Sequence record: LR694611
Source: Escherichia phage rV5_ev158
Direction: 5' to 3' (one strand)
DNA length: 64,000 nucleotides
The notes below the pieces were generated by a model. That model had not been told where the DNA came from and searched no databases. It was given only the letters and a program-made list of their open reading frames with translations. Below, in pieces: positions 44,933 through 52,822 of the stretch (position 1 is the first letter of the stretch; each line of letters opens with the position of its first letter). The position numbers were made by a program, and so were the translations under genes.

Positions 44933-45268
44933 TTAAGGTAACCAGTAAACAATCTCGCCTTTCAGCTTCATGTCATTTCCAACATAAATTTGCCAGCCAT
45001 CCATCGTTTTGGCAACTGCAGGCCCAAAGTCATCCGCACCCCTTACCTCTTTCCAGGTCCCGTAGTCAGGTTGCCAGATATAAAATCCACCTTCTTTGTC
45101 CCATGCTCCATACACCACGTTTGACAGGTTTCCCATTGCAACAATAGTGGGCCGTGGGAATAATGCATCTACAGATGCGCCACAATATCGGGTATCTTTT
45201 AAATTGCACTCCCAAAAGATGTCTGCCAGTGTGGCGGCGATAGCTTTACGTCTTTCTAATGTTACCAT
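44933..45268 (-). CDS. hypothetical protein
   Basis: 111 aa. Confidence 0.5.
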   Translation of the reverse strand: MVTLERRKAIAATLADIFWECNLKDTRYCGASVDALFPRPTIVAMGNLSNVVYGAWDKEGGFYIWQPDYGTWKEVRGADDFGPAVAKTMDGWQIYVGNDMKLKGEIVYWLP

Positions 45269-45275
45269 ATCATAC

Positions 45276-45467
45276 TCACTTGTTGTTAATAAGTTCTAAA
45301 ACTTTCTGTCTTACTTTGTCAAGATCTGTTGATTCAAAAACTGTACGATATCCCCAACTTTGCCCATATGAGTGATTGCAATCCCCGTAGCACCATTGCT
45401 CAATTTGATAGTATTCAAGGAACGGGTGCTGTCTAACTATGATACCATCCCGGTTAAAAATTACCAT
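45276..45467 (-). CDS. hypothetical protein
   Basis: 63 aa. Confidence 0.4.
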   Translation of the reverse strand: MVIFNRDGIIVRQHPFLEYYQIEQWCYGDCNHSYGQSWGYRTVFESTDLDKVRQKVLELINNK

Positions 45468-45530
45468 AATACATCGCTCTCTGTTAGTTTATGCGTATAT
45501 TATACACTGCAGTTTTCAGATGTCAACCTC

Positions 45531-45782
45531 TTACAGATTGCTCCAGTACAATCGGCATTTACATTTTGGGCAATGAGGTTCTTTTATGTAATAACCATCA
45601 GTCTTTGGAACACTTTTTGGTGCAGTTTTAAGATTGTACCTGGTAAAACATCTGAAGCAGGTTACCTCTCCCACCTGTTGATCGTTGATCCACTCACCAG
45701 AGTAAAGCTCTTTCTTGTTTCTCATAATTCTCTCCCAAATCCTCTGCAATCTTATACCAAAATCTCCAGCCAGAAAGCACAC
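45531..45782 (-). CDS. hypothetical Cys-rich protein
   Basis: CFRCF...CPKCKC zinc-ribbon-like. Confidence 0.4.
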   Translation of the reverse strand: MCFLAGDFGIRLQRIWERIMRNKKELYSGEWINDQQVGEVTCFRCFTRYNLKTAPKSVPKTDGYYIKEPHCPKCKCRLYWSNL

Positions 45783-45976
45783 GGGAACACTTTGAGGATT
45801 GAATCTTTACTTGGCTCGGAAGTTCTTTTTCCGTATGGTAGGTAGAAATACCCTCCTGCAGATTCGAATATAGCTCCTTCGGTTGTATCTACCACAGCAA
45901 GAATTAAGATTTTAGTCTCCACAGTGCTCTCCTCTCTTAGTTGTCGTGGAAACTATATCACCTCAGAAGATGGTCG

Positions 45977-46516
45977 TCAACACTTTTTGTACTCCACCAC
46001 GACAATATCTATGTCGAAAGTGGCAAGTTTAATAACGTCCTCTACGTGTTCCCACTTCAAACCGCCTATGCCGCACCCGATCTTAGGGATGTAGAATGGT
46101 AAAGTCGATCCGCTAAATACTTCATTGACTAGCTCAAAGCCTTTCAGGATTGAGAAATACTCAGCATTAGGTCCTGGGTAGAACTGGGTATATAGATTGA
46201 TTCCGTAGACAATACCTATCGGAGATAAGTGCTCCCATCGGGAGAACGCACCCAGTTTACTTAGGCAACCGTATCTAGTCTCTTTGTCGGCTGACAGTGC
46301 TTGAGGAAACTCACGGGCAATCTGTTTTGCTATACCCTTGCCCATTGTGTGGAAGCAGTTACAACCGTGGATCAGGTGACCAGCACCGCTCTTAAAAAGG
46401 GAGATTAAATCTCCCTCTACAGTATCAATAATCACGGTAGGCCAGCTCCTCTTCCGCAATTTCAAAAAACTCAGTCCAGCACTGTGGCATATTGGAGTTA
46501 CCGAAGTGGCTTTCAT
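45977..46516 (-). CDS. macrodomain protein (DarG-like ADP-ribose hydrolase fold)
   Basis: HLIHGCNCFHTMGKGIAKQIAREFP and YIPKIGCGIGGLKWEHVEDV resemble recalled DarG macrodomain blocks VNTVGVMGKGIALQFKQAFP and MPALGCGNGGLPWEDV; alternative GTG start at 46435. Confidence 0.65.
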   Translation of the reverse strand: MKATSVTPICHSAGLSFLKLRKRSWPTVIIDTVEGDLISLFKSGAGHLIHGCNCFHTMGKGIAKQIAREFPQALSADKETRYGCLSKLGAFSRWEHLSPIGIVYGINLYTQFYPGPNAEYFSILKGFELVNEVFSGSTLPFYIPKIGCGIGGLKWEHVEDVIKLATFDIDIVVVEYKKC

Positions 46517-46850
46517 AGTAAAGGTTCTTACCGCTAGGAAGGTAGAAATCTGTTACCTCATAAAATCCACAATCGTCGCACTCACCTTCTTCAAACTTGG
46601 CCTTAACCTTAATACCGAGGAAGGTGAAAAGTTTATGGACATCTTCAGTTTCGAACTCCCAGGGAATGTTGTTTTCCGCATCGGTGTAGAACTGGATCAG
46701 CAGACCATTGTCCAGTTTACCAAAATACTCTGTGAAGTAACTTCCTTCCCAGAAATCTTTATGACAAATAATATCCATGCGTTTGCCCATAATAATGGTG
46801 TGAGCGTTTTGGGCATCGTCACGAATCAGTTTTGGCATTTCATAGATCAT
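46425..46850 (-). CDS. hypothetical protein
   Basis: 141 aa. Confidence 0.45.
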   Translation of the reverse strand: MIYEMPKLIRDDAQNAHTIIMGKRMDIICHKDFWEGSYFTEYFGKLDNGLLIQFYTDAENNIPWEFETEDVHKLFTFLGIKVKAKFEEGECDDCGFYEVTDFYLPSGKNLYYESHFGNSNMPQCWTEFFEIAEEELAYRDY

Positions 46851-46918
46851 CTTAGTTCTCCGGGTTCAACAGGTGGTGGTGCTACAGGAAGATCATAAAA
46901 CATGGCTATCACAGTCTC

Positions 46919-47116
46919 TTACACAGGAATTGCTTCAAACAGGCCGTTATCTATACCGTCCTTCAGATAGAGATTATATTCTATGTCGGTATCTGTATAA
47001 AGGGCAGCATCCAGCATTCTATCTGTGAGTCCATCCATTGGGTGGAGAAACCACCACCCACGCCAGTCAAAGTAACAGCCTGGTGCATCTTCTCTTACAC
47101 GGATTCGATAAATCAT
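46919..47116 (-). CDS. hypothetical protein
   Basis: 65 aa. Confidence 0.4.
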   Translation of the reverse strand: MIYRIRVREDAPGCYFDWRGWWFLHPMDGLTDRMLDAALYTDTDIEYNLYLKDGIDNGLFEAIPV

Positions 47117-47212
47117 GGGCAGTGGCCTCCTGTTAGTTATACATCCCAGTTTTCTTCGTTCATCACGTCCTCCCGTTCTATGAAGTTATAATTGCACACC
47201 TTTCCACCTGTG

Positions 47213-47629
47213 TCAACAGAAAACTTCAACAAACTCTTCCACAGTTTTAATGTCGTGGGAAAAAGGTTTACGGCTATAACGGGCAATAGCACTATCAACC
47301 ACCACCCGGTACTCCAAATCTTCAGAATATTTCATGAAGCATTGCAGCGTCTCTGGGCAGATAGCTAAATAGCTCCACCACCCTTCTTCAGATTGGTAGT
47401 CGAATCCCATACTCTCCAACCATGAAGCATATACGCCTGCACCCTCAAGCCAGTGAGTATTTTCATCCAGAAACTTGTTAATAGACATGTGAGCTTCTAA
47501 GCATTTATCCAGCTCTTTTCCGTTAACCAGCCACGCACTGACCGTGGCGCATCCAAAGTCTACAGATTGAGTTGACAGGTTGTATTGGTCATAGTTCTCA
47601 GGTTTAACAATGATATCTTCTAATGTCAT
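47213..47629 (-). CDS. hypothetical protein
   Basis: 138 aa. Confidence 0.5.
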   Translation of the reverse strand: MTLEDIIVKPENYDQYNLSTQSVDFGCATVSAWLVNGKELDKCLEAHMSINKFLDENTHWLEGAGVYASWLESMGFDYQSEEGWWSYLAICPETLQCFMKYSEDLEYRVVVDSAIARYSRKPFSHDIKTVEEFVEVFC

Positions 47630-47642
47630 TTTCAGATCTCCT

Positions 47643-47675
47643 TATACAAAAATGCCCCACCCTTTCGGGCAGGGC
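47643..47675 (-). terminator. Rho-independent terminator (repeated element, copy 1)
   Basis: GCCCCACCCTTTCGGGCAGGGC hairpin; minus-strand T-run follows; same element at 58468-58495. Confidence 0.55.
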
Positions 47676-47690
47676 TATGTTAACTAGGTG

Positions 47691-48314
47691 CTAAAAGTAT
47701 TCGTAGAGGTATCCATCGGGGGCTGGAATTTTTTCATGAATGTAGTAATCAACACATATTCCGGTTTCTCTTCTACAAGAATTGTGGGATACCCATTCTT
47801 TAAGAACGTTTCCATTCATGTCCAGCCTTCTTACATTTTTACACCGTCTACCGCTGGTGCTTCTATGCAACAGAATATCCTCCGTCTGCTTGTCTTTATT
47901 TTCTCCCCAGGTAGTTAAACGGATATTATCAAAAGAGTACCCTTTGAAATCATCTATCCTGTCACAAGAAGGCTTTTTCCTTTTGTCGTATCCGCTGGCT
48001 ACCCACTGATCATACAACTCTTTGTAACCGTTCAGGTATAGCCACTCCTTAAACTCTTTTTTGGTGTAAGTCGGAGGAGGGTGGCCTCTTTGCTTGCTGT
48101 TGCACTTTTGAGCCTTGTACAGCACGCGTATTACACCTTTTTCTGAAGAGTCGTGGGAAAATTGGTCAGCCTCCTTGCTGGCCTTCTTGCAACACTCTTT
48201 GCACTTATTAAGATGACCGTCAGACATCTTTGGGTGTTTGTAGAACTCGGAGAGGTTTTTCACCTCTCCGCACTTTATGCACCTCTTACAATGCGTGGAT
48301 TCTGCTTTTGCCAT
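47691..48314 (-). CDS. Cys-rich zinc-finger protein
   Basis: N-terminal HCKRCIKCGEV...NKCKECC cluster; function not recognised. Confidence 0.5.
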   Translation of the reverse strand: MAKAESTHCKRCIKCGEVKNLSEFYKHPKMSDGHLNKCKECCKKASKEADQFSHDSSEKGVIRVLYKAQKCNSKQRGHPPPTYTKKEFKEWLYLNGYKELYDQWVASGYDKRKKPSCDRIDDFKGYSFDNIRLTTWGENKDKQTEDILLHRSTSGRRCKNVRRLDMNGNVLKEWVSHNSCRRETGICVDYYIHEKIPAPDGYLYEYF

Positions 48315-49557
48315 ATTGCAAACCTACCGGAGCGAAAGGTATGTCATCACAGAAGTCATACTGCGCCGGATTCTGACCCATCGGGTCATCTTCCTCATCA
48401 TTTACAGGAGGAGCGTCTACAGTGTTTTGCTGTGGAGCTGCTTCCTGTTTGGCAGCCTGAGGTTCTTGATGGTCAGTTGACCCAGCACCGTTCTTGATCC
48501 AATCGTACAACGGCTCAGCCAGATTAGTCAAGACATCTTTTGCTTCTGCAGTAATTGCCGCTGCAAAATCATCAACTTTCGTTTTCTTGTCAATACGGCG
48601 ACAAGCGTTCAACACCGCATTACCGACACTGGCACCTACTTCATCTTCAGTTCGGTTGGTGGCTTGAGCATACTCTTTCTTAAGCTCAATGGTGACTACG
48701 TGCAGTGTTTTAGCCACACCTAGTGGGTCGTCTACCTTAAACCCGCGATCCAGGATGATTTGCAACGCATTGATGCTATGTCCCGTCTCCACACCAATAG
48801 GGTCGTAAGAGGATTTACGCTTGCCACCAGAGCCTTGAGTGCCGTTCTCTGCCTTAGGTGGATAGGCTTTGAAACCGCTGATAATGTTTCCGGTGTCTTT
48901 GTCAACAATGGCTGCAACACGACCACCTACCACCAGGTCTTTAAGCTGCTCATCAGTAACAACCATGGCACCTTCGCCAATCTTGTGGTCATTAACAGTA
49001 ACCACGTTGCCAACAATCTGAGTCACATCGCCATAGATGCGTAAAACGTCCTGATTGGCATTCTGCTGAGGTTTCTGCTTCTGGCCTTGTGATTGTGCAC
49101 CTTGTTGCTGTTTTTGCTGCTGAGTCGCTGCTGGAGCCTCTCCTGCACCCAGCTTGACCATCTTAGCCAGTGAGCCTTTGTAATAGGTCTTACCGTTATG
49201 CTCGTTTGCCTTCAAAGGGATATTTACGATCCATCCCGGCGTTACGGTTTCCCACTTGTCATCAATTTTAACAGAGACAGAGTCTTGATGACCAGGTTTA
49301 AGCAGCTTATCACCCATACTGATCCAAACTTCTTCACCACCTTGAAGCAGGTTATCAGAGGAATCCAGTTCAGAAATCAGTAAAGAGATGGTGTGGCTGG
49401 ATTCAATTTTCTTACCTTGCCACACAGTGGTTTTAATACCTGTTGTAGGATCAGCACCTTTGATAGGTTTGATGCTGACACGTTTAATCATGCCGTGAGC
49501 CAGTAAAACAGTTTCACGCGGATTCATCGGGTTAGCGAATTGTTGAATAACGCTCAT
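48286..49557 (-). CDS. putative ssDNA-binding protein (SSB-like; tentative)
   Basis: 423 aa; Gln-rich low-complexity linker and acidic C-terminal region containing DDIPF, the canonical SSB tail motif, though not at the extreme C-terminus. Confidence 0.35.
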   Translation of the reverse strand: MSVIQQFANPMNPRETVLLAHGMIKRVSIKPIKGADPTTGIKTTVWQGKKIESSHTISLLISELDSSDNLLQGGEEVWISMGDKLLKPGHQDSVSVKIDDKWETVTPGWIVNIPLKANEHNGKTYYKGSLAKMVKLGAGEAPAATQQQKQQQGAQSQGQKQKPQQNANQDVLRIYGDVTQIVGNVVTVNDHKIGEGAMVVTDEQLKDLVVGGRVAAIVDKDTGNIISGFKAYPPKAENGTQGSGGKRKSSYDPIGVETGHSINALQIILDRGFKVDDPLGVAKTLHVVTIELKKEYAQATNRTEDEVGASVGNAVLNACRRIDKKTKVDDFAAAITAEAKDVLTNLAEPLYDWIKNGAGSTDHQEPQAAKQEAAPQQNTVDAPPVNDEEDDPMGQNPAQYDFCDDIPFAPVGLQYGKSRIHAL

Positions 49558-49922
49558 TATTTGTCTCCTTGTTCTTCGTTAGTGTTCGCCGTGTGTGCAA
49601 ACCCTGCCTGAATTAATTTGTCCTGAACTTGAGCCAACAGGCCCATTGCAAAACTTGTGGTCCCAGAGAGAGCCATCAGCATATCTCGTTGTTGAGCTAC
49701 CCAACCTAAGGCATAGTCCAAACGACGATATTTTTCTTCTTCGCGCAGAGCCTGAAATAATTGTTCAGCCTCCGGTTGTTGTGTGAGCTCCTGAAGTCTT
49801 CCCATGAAAGAAGAAAGCACTAGCAAAAGAGACACTTGATCTTTACTTAACCCTAAGAAAAATTCTTGAGGTTGTTCTTGCTCGTTCATCGCAACCGACG
49901 CTTGATCGTTCATTTGTTCCAT
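49557..49922 (-). CDS. hypothetical protein
   Basis: 121 aa. Confidence 0.45.
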   Translation of the reverse strand: MEQMNDQASVAMNEQEQPQEFFLGLSKDQVSLLLVLSSFMGRLQELTQQPEAEQLFQALREEEKYRRLDYALGWVAQQRDMLMALSGTTSFAMGLLAQVQDKLIQAGFAHTANTNEEQGDK

Positions 49923-50005
49923 TATGGAATCTCCGATTTTATTTGAACAACATAGAAGGAGACACTATTTTAGCATCCCCTTCTGTAAATTACAATAGGT
50001 ATTTG

Positions 50006-50251
50006 TTAGCCAATCACTTCAAAAGTTCCCCAATTCCCGTCCAGCAGGCAGGTGATCGGATCCCCATCGTCGTCAAAGATTTCAAAGTTTTCAGCATCCA
50101 GGATGTGGCCCTCGAACACAATACTTTCGTCGCCACCACCAGAAATAACAGCGTATTCCTTACCTTGAGTCAAGTTTTGACACCCTTTGCCACCAAAACC
50201 TACTTCCACACAACGTACTTTCTGTCCTGCGCGAGCAACTACTTCAGCCAT
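50006..50251 (-). CDS. hypothetical protein
   Basis: 81 aa. Confidence 0.45.
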   Translation of the reverse strand: MAEVVARAGQKVRCVEVGFGGKGCQNLTQGKEYAVISGGGDESIVFEGHILDAENFEIFDDDGDPITCLLDGNWGTFEVIG

Positions 50252-50268
50252 CTTAAGGTCTCCTGATA

Positions 50269-50589
50269 TTAATCGTCAAGTTCAAAATAGATTTTAACAG
50301 CTTCATCAAAGATTGGGATCCCGATGTTGTTGATAAGCTGCCAAACTACCATATCTTTACCTGGGTCTGGGAGAATGTCAACCTTCCTCCATGCGCTGTA
50401 TATCCAGTTTGGACCACCTTCTGCACTAACTGGCAGATTTTCACCAGCCTCCTGCAGATACTTATACAGCAAAAGATATTCTGGATACTCTAGAACACTG
50501 TCCTCTGTAGTATATAGCAGTTCACGGTATACTTTTAAGAACCCTGCTGGGGTAATGTTTTCAGTCTTCATTTGCCGCTTCTCCTGCAT
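50269..50589 (-). CDS. hypothetical protein
   Basis: 106 aa. Confidence 0.45.
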   Translation of the reverse strand: MQEKRQMKTENITPAGFLKVYRELLYTTEDSVLEYPEYLLLYKYLQEAGENLPVSAEGGPNWIYSAWRKVDILPDPGKDMVVWQLINNIGIPIFDEAVKIYFELDD

Positions 50590-50950
50590 TCATCAGGTCT
50601 GCCATGGCGTCACCCACGAAGAGAACAACCACATCGTTGACAGCGTCAGCATCATCTTTGTTGACGTTGCTGAATTTAGGACACACAGCGATGATCATAT
50701 AGACACCGTTACCAACCTGGACTGTCCGTGTGGTGCACATCATGGCGGTATTTGTGCCTTCTTTGAAGGCGAAGCCTTGAAGACGCTCCTCTAAAGTGTT
50801 ACCGGTAGATTTCAGAAGCGCCAGCTCGTCCAAGGCATAGATGATATCTCCGGAAGTTAGTGTTGCCTTGCCATCAGACACCATAATCACTCCATCAGCA
50901 CCGTCAAGCTTAGAGGCTTCAAAGATATCAATATCCCAAATATTTTTCAT
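50561..50950 (-). CDS. hypothetical protein
   Basis: 129 aa. Confidence 0.45.
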   Translation of the reverse strand: MKNIWDIDIFEASKLDGADGVIMVSDGKATLTSGDIIYALDELALLKSTGNTLEERLQGFAFKEGTNTAMMCTTRTVQVGNGVYMIIAVCPKFSNVNKDDADAVNDVVVLFVGDAMADLMNAGEAANED

Positions 50951-51282
50951 TACGCTTCCTCGTCGTCTAAGTAATCATCAAGAGAGGTGAAGATTTCACC
51001 GAAGTATTCTAAGATTTCTAGCTCACGTGTGGTGCAGCAAACATAATCGCCTTGGTCGTCCTTAATAGTGGCCTCTTTACCCAGAACATCTACTTCAAAT
51101 TCATCGTTCAGCAGGACGGCCCCTGTGTAAACTTTGTCAGCTGTGCAGTCCCGAAAAGCAGAGTCCTTTTCCAGATAGTCTGGCTTAACCTTGGCTTTAA
51201 TTCGTTGATATTGTTTGGTCATTGCTGTGGTCCCCTTTCGTTTTGATAGGGCCATTATATTAGGCCCCATCACTGTTGTCAA
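50950..51282 (-). CDS. hypothetical protein (paralogue of 51286-51540)
   Basis: KPDYLEKDSAFRDCTADKVY vs KPECVANDRAFKDCTVGAIY; alternative ATG start at 51222. Confidence 0.45.
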   Translation of the reverse strand: MTTVMGPNIMALSKRKGTTAMTKQYQRIKAKVKPDYLEKDSAFRDCTADKVYTGAVLLNDEFEVDVLGKEATIKDDQGDYVCCTTRELEILEYFGEIFTSLDDYLDDEEA

Positions 51283-51285
51283 GTA

Positions 51286-51540
51286 TTAATGTTCAGGTTT
51301 TACAAAAACTACTTCATTAACAGTGCACCAGACAGAGTCTCCTTCGTCATCTTTAAAGGTAAGGCACTGTGCTGAGTTTTCCAGCTCATCAATCTCTTCT
51401 TGTGATAAAGGGGCCCCTTCTTCCAGAAGGGCTTTTACCAGAGGGTTCTCACAAAACTCTGCTTCATAAATTGCACCGACTGTGCAGTCTTTAAAAGCTC
51501 GGTCATTTGCAACGCATTCTGGCTTCAAAGTAATTTTCAT
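51286..51540 (-). CDS. hypothetical protein (paralogue of 50950-51282)
   Basis: 84 aa. Confidence 0.45.
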   Translation of the reverse strand: MKITLKPECVANDRAFKDCTVGAIYEAEFCENPLVKALLEEGAPLSQEEIDELENSAQCLTFKDDEGDSVWCTVNEVVFVKPEH

Positions 51541-51617
51541 CTTGGCAGTCTCCTTAGTTATTTAAAAAATCAACGCTTTGTTTGTGTGAAGCATCTTATA
51601 TCTAATCTGACTTCTTG

Positions 51618-52016
51618 TCAATGGCTATTTTCAATCAGCCACACAGGGTCTAGGTAGATTTGTTGACGTCTTGCCCAATGACAAACTTCATTATACATCT
51701 GAATCTCTTTGTCTGTCAATTCACGAATAGGCTCATCTATACCCTCATTTTTGTGGTAATCCCATTCTGCGTCTATCTCCCACAGCCATGACTTGTTGTC
51801 ACCACGCTTACGCACACAGAAGTCACCAGGGCGGCCTGCCAATGCATTTAAGAACTCGTTCTCCGCTCGCTCCTGGAGAATACTAAGGAGCAAAACGTTG
51901 GAACATGACCGTAAAATATGCTTCAGCTCGCAGTCATCGATCTCAACTTCGATACGTTGTTTGACTGTGTGAGTACCTTTTACTAACATTCTACCTCCTC
52001 TAAACAAACTCTGCAA
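51618..52016 (-). CDS. hypothetical protein
   Basis: 132 aa; contains the recurrent GGCAGGCC..GGTGA motif in coding sequence. Confidence 0.45.
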   Translation of the reverse strand: MQSLFRGGRMLVKGTHTVKQRIEVEIDDCELKHILRSCSNVLLLSILQERAENEFLNALAGRPGDFCVRKRGDNKSWLWEIDAEWDYHKNEGIDEPIRELTDKEIQMYNEVCHWARRQQIYLDPVWLIENSH

Positions 52017-52194
52017 GGGTTGTGTTGTTCACTGCACCACAGTAAATGGAGTATCCCAGCCCATTAGGGTGCAGAAACCACGGCGTGCCGAAATTATCTT
52101 TCACGTAGACATCGCCGTTGCTTGTAAAGGGCCAATATTCTTCACCAAGGGTGAAATACCTACTCATACCCTCAGCCAGATACTTTACTTTCAT
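52000..52194 (-). CDS. small protein, paralogous trio member
   Basis: DNFGTPWFLHPNGLGYSIY block. Confidence 0.4.
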   Translation of the reverse strand: MKVKYLAEGMSRYFTLGEEYWPFTSNGDVYVKDNFGTPWFLHPNGLGYSIYCGAVNNTTLAEFV

Positions 52195-52418
52195 AGGTCC
52201 TCTTCAACAGCTACAAACTTGGCAAGCAGGGTGGTTCCGTAGATATGATACTCACCGTTTGCCAGATGGGAGATAAACCAGGCAATCCCTTCCTCGTCTT
52301 TAATCATCTTGTTTGCACGAGCTTTATCGTAATAAACCTCGTAGGTCTTTCCTTCTTTAAAGAATGACAGGTCTGTCATCTTTTCTTCTACAAAGGTAGC
52401 TTTAACCAAAGTCGTCAT
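52191..52418 (-). CDS. small protein, paralogous trio member
   Basis: DEEGIAWFISHLANGEYHIYG block. Confidence 0.4.
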   Translation of the reverse strand: MTTLVKATFVEEKMTDLSFFKEGKTYEVYYDKARANKMIKDEEGIAWFISHLANGEYHIYGTTLLAKFVAVEEDL

Positions 52419-52822
52419 TGATCAGTCTCCTTCTTGTTAAGTCTGAATACTGCAATAATAGCATTCCCAAGGTGCAGTGTCAAATCATTTCCAAGATACC
52501 ACAGCATTCCACGGTCATCTTTGATGAAAGGGTAGCAATTTGGTGCCTTCTCTTTAATGAAAGGGTGACAATCTGGTGCCTTCCAGACATTGTACACTTT
52601 CCCAACCTGAAAGAAATCAGGCCCTGTTGGGATTTTAGTGCCTGGCCACACTTGAGATACCTGAACACACTCCACCTGCATAATAACAGGGATAGTCATG
52701 GATGTAAATGTTTTTGTTGGTTCTACTACCATAAAAGTCTCCTCTTTGCTCAACAACACTTCCATGTGTTGATAGTTTACATTAGTGACAATCACCCCAA
52801 TTACGACCACACAGGTATTCAC
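52415..52822 (-). CDS. small protein, paralogous trio member, with internal 11 aa tandem duplication
   Basis: APDCHPFIKEK/APNCYPFIKDD from a 33 bp tandem repeat at 52519-52582; DDRGMLWYLGNDLTLHLGN block. Confidence 0.45.
   Translation of the reverse strand: MNTCVVVIGVIVTNVNYQHMEVLLSKEETFMVVEPTKTFTSMTIPVIMQVECVQVSQVWPGTKIPTGPDFFQVGKVYNVWKAPDCHPFIKEKAPNCYPFIKDDRGMLWYLGNDLTLHLGNAIIAVFRLNKKETDQ

Noticed and set aside
34793-50794. Other plus-strand ORFs within the minus-strand block (for example 34793-35185, 42358-42921, 44770-45147, 45372-45845, 46506-46898, 50324-50794)
   Set aside because: Each spans or lies antisense to several minus-strand genes that have their own promoters and ribosome-binding sites; no start-site support.
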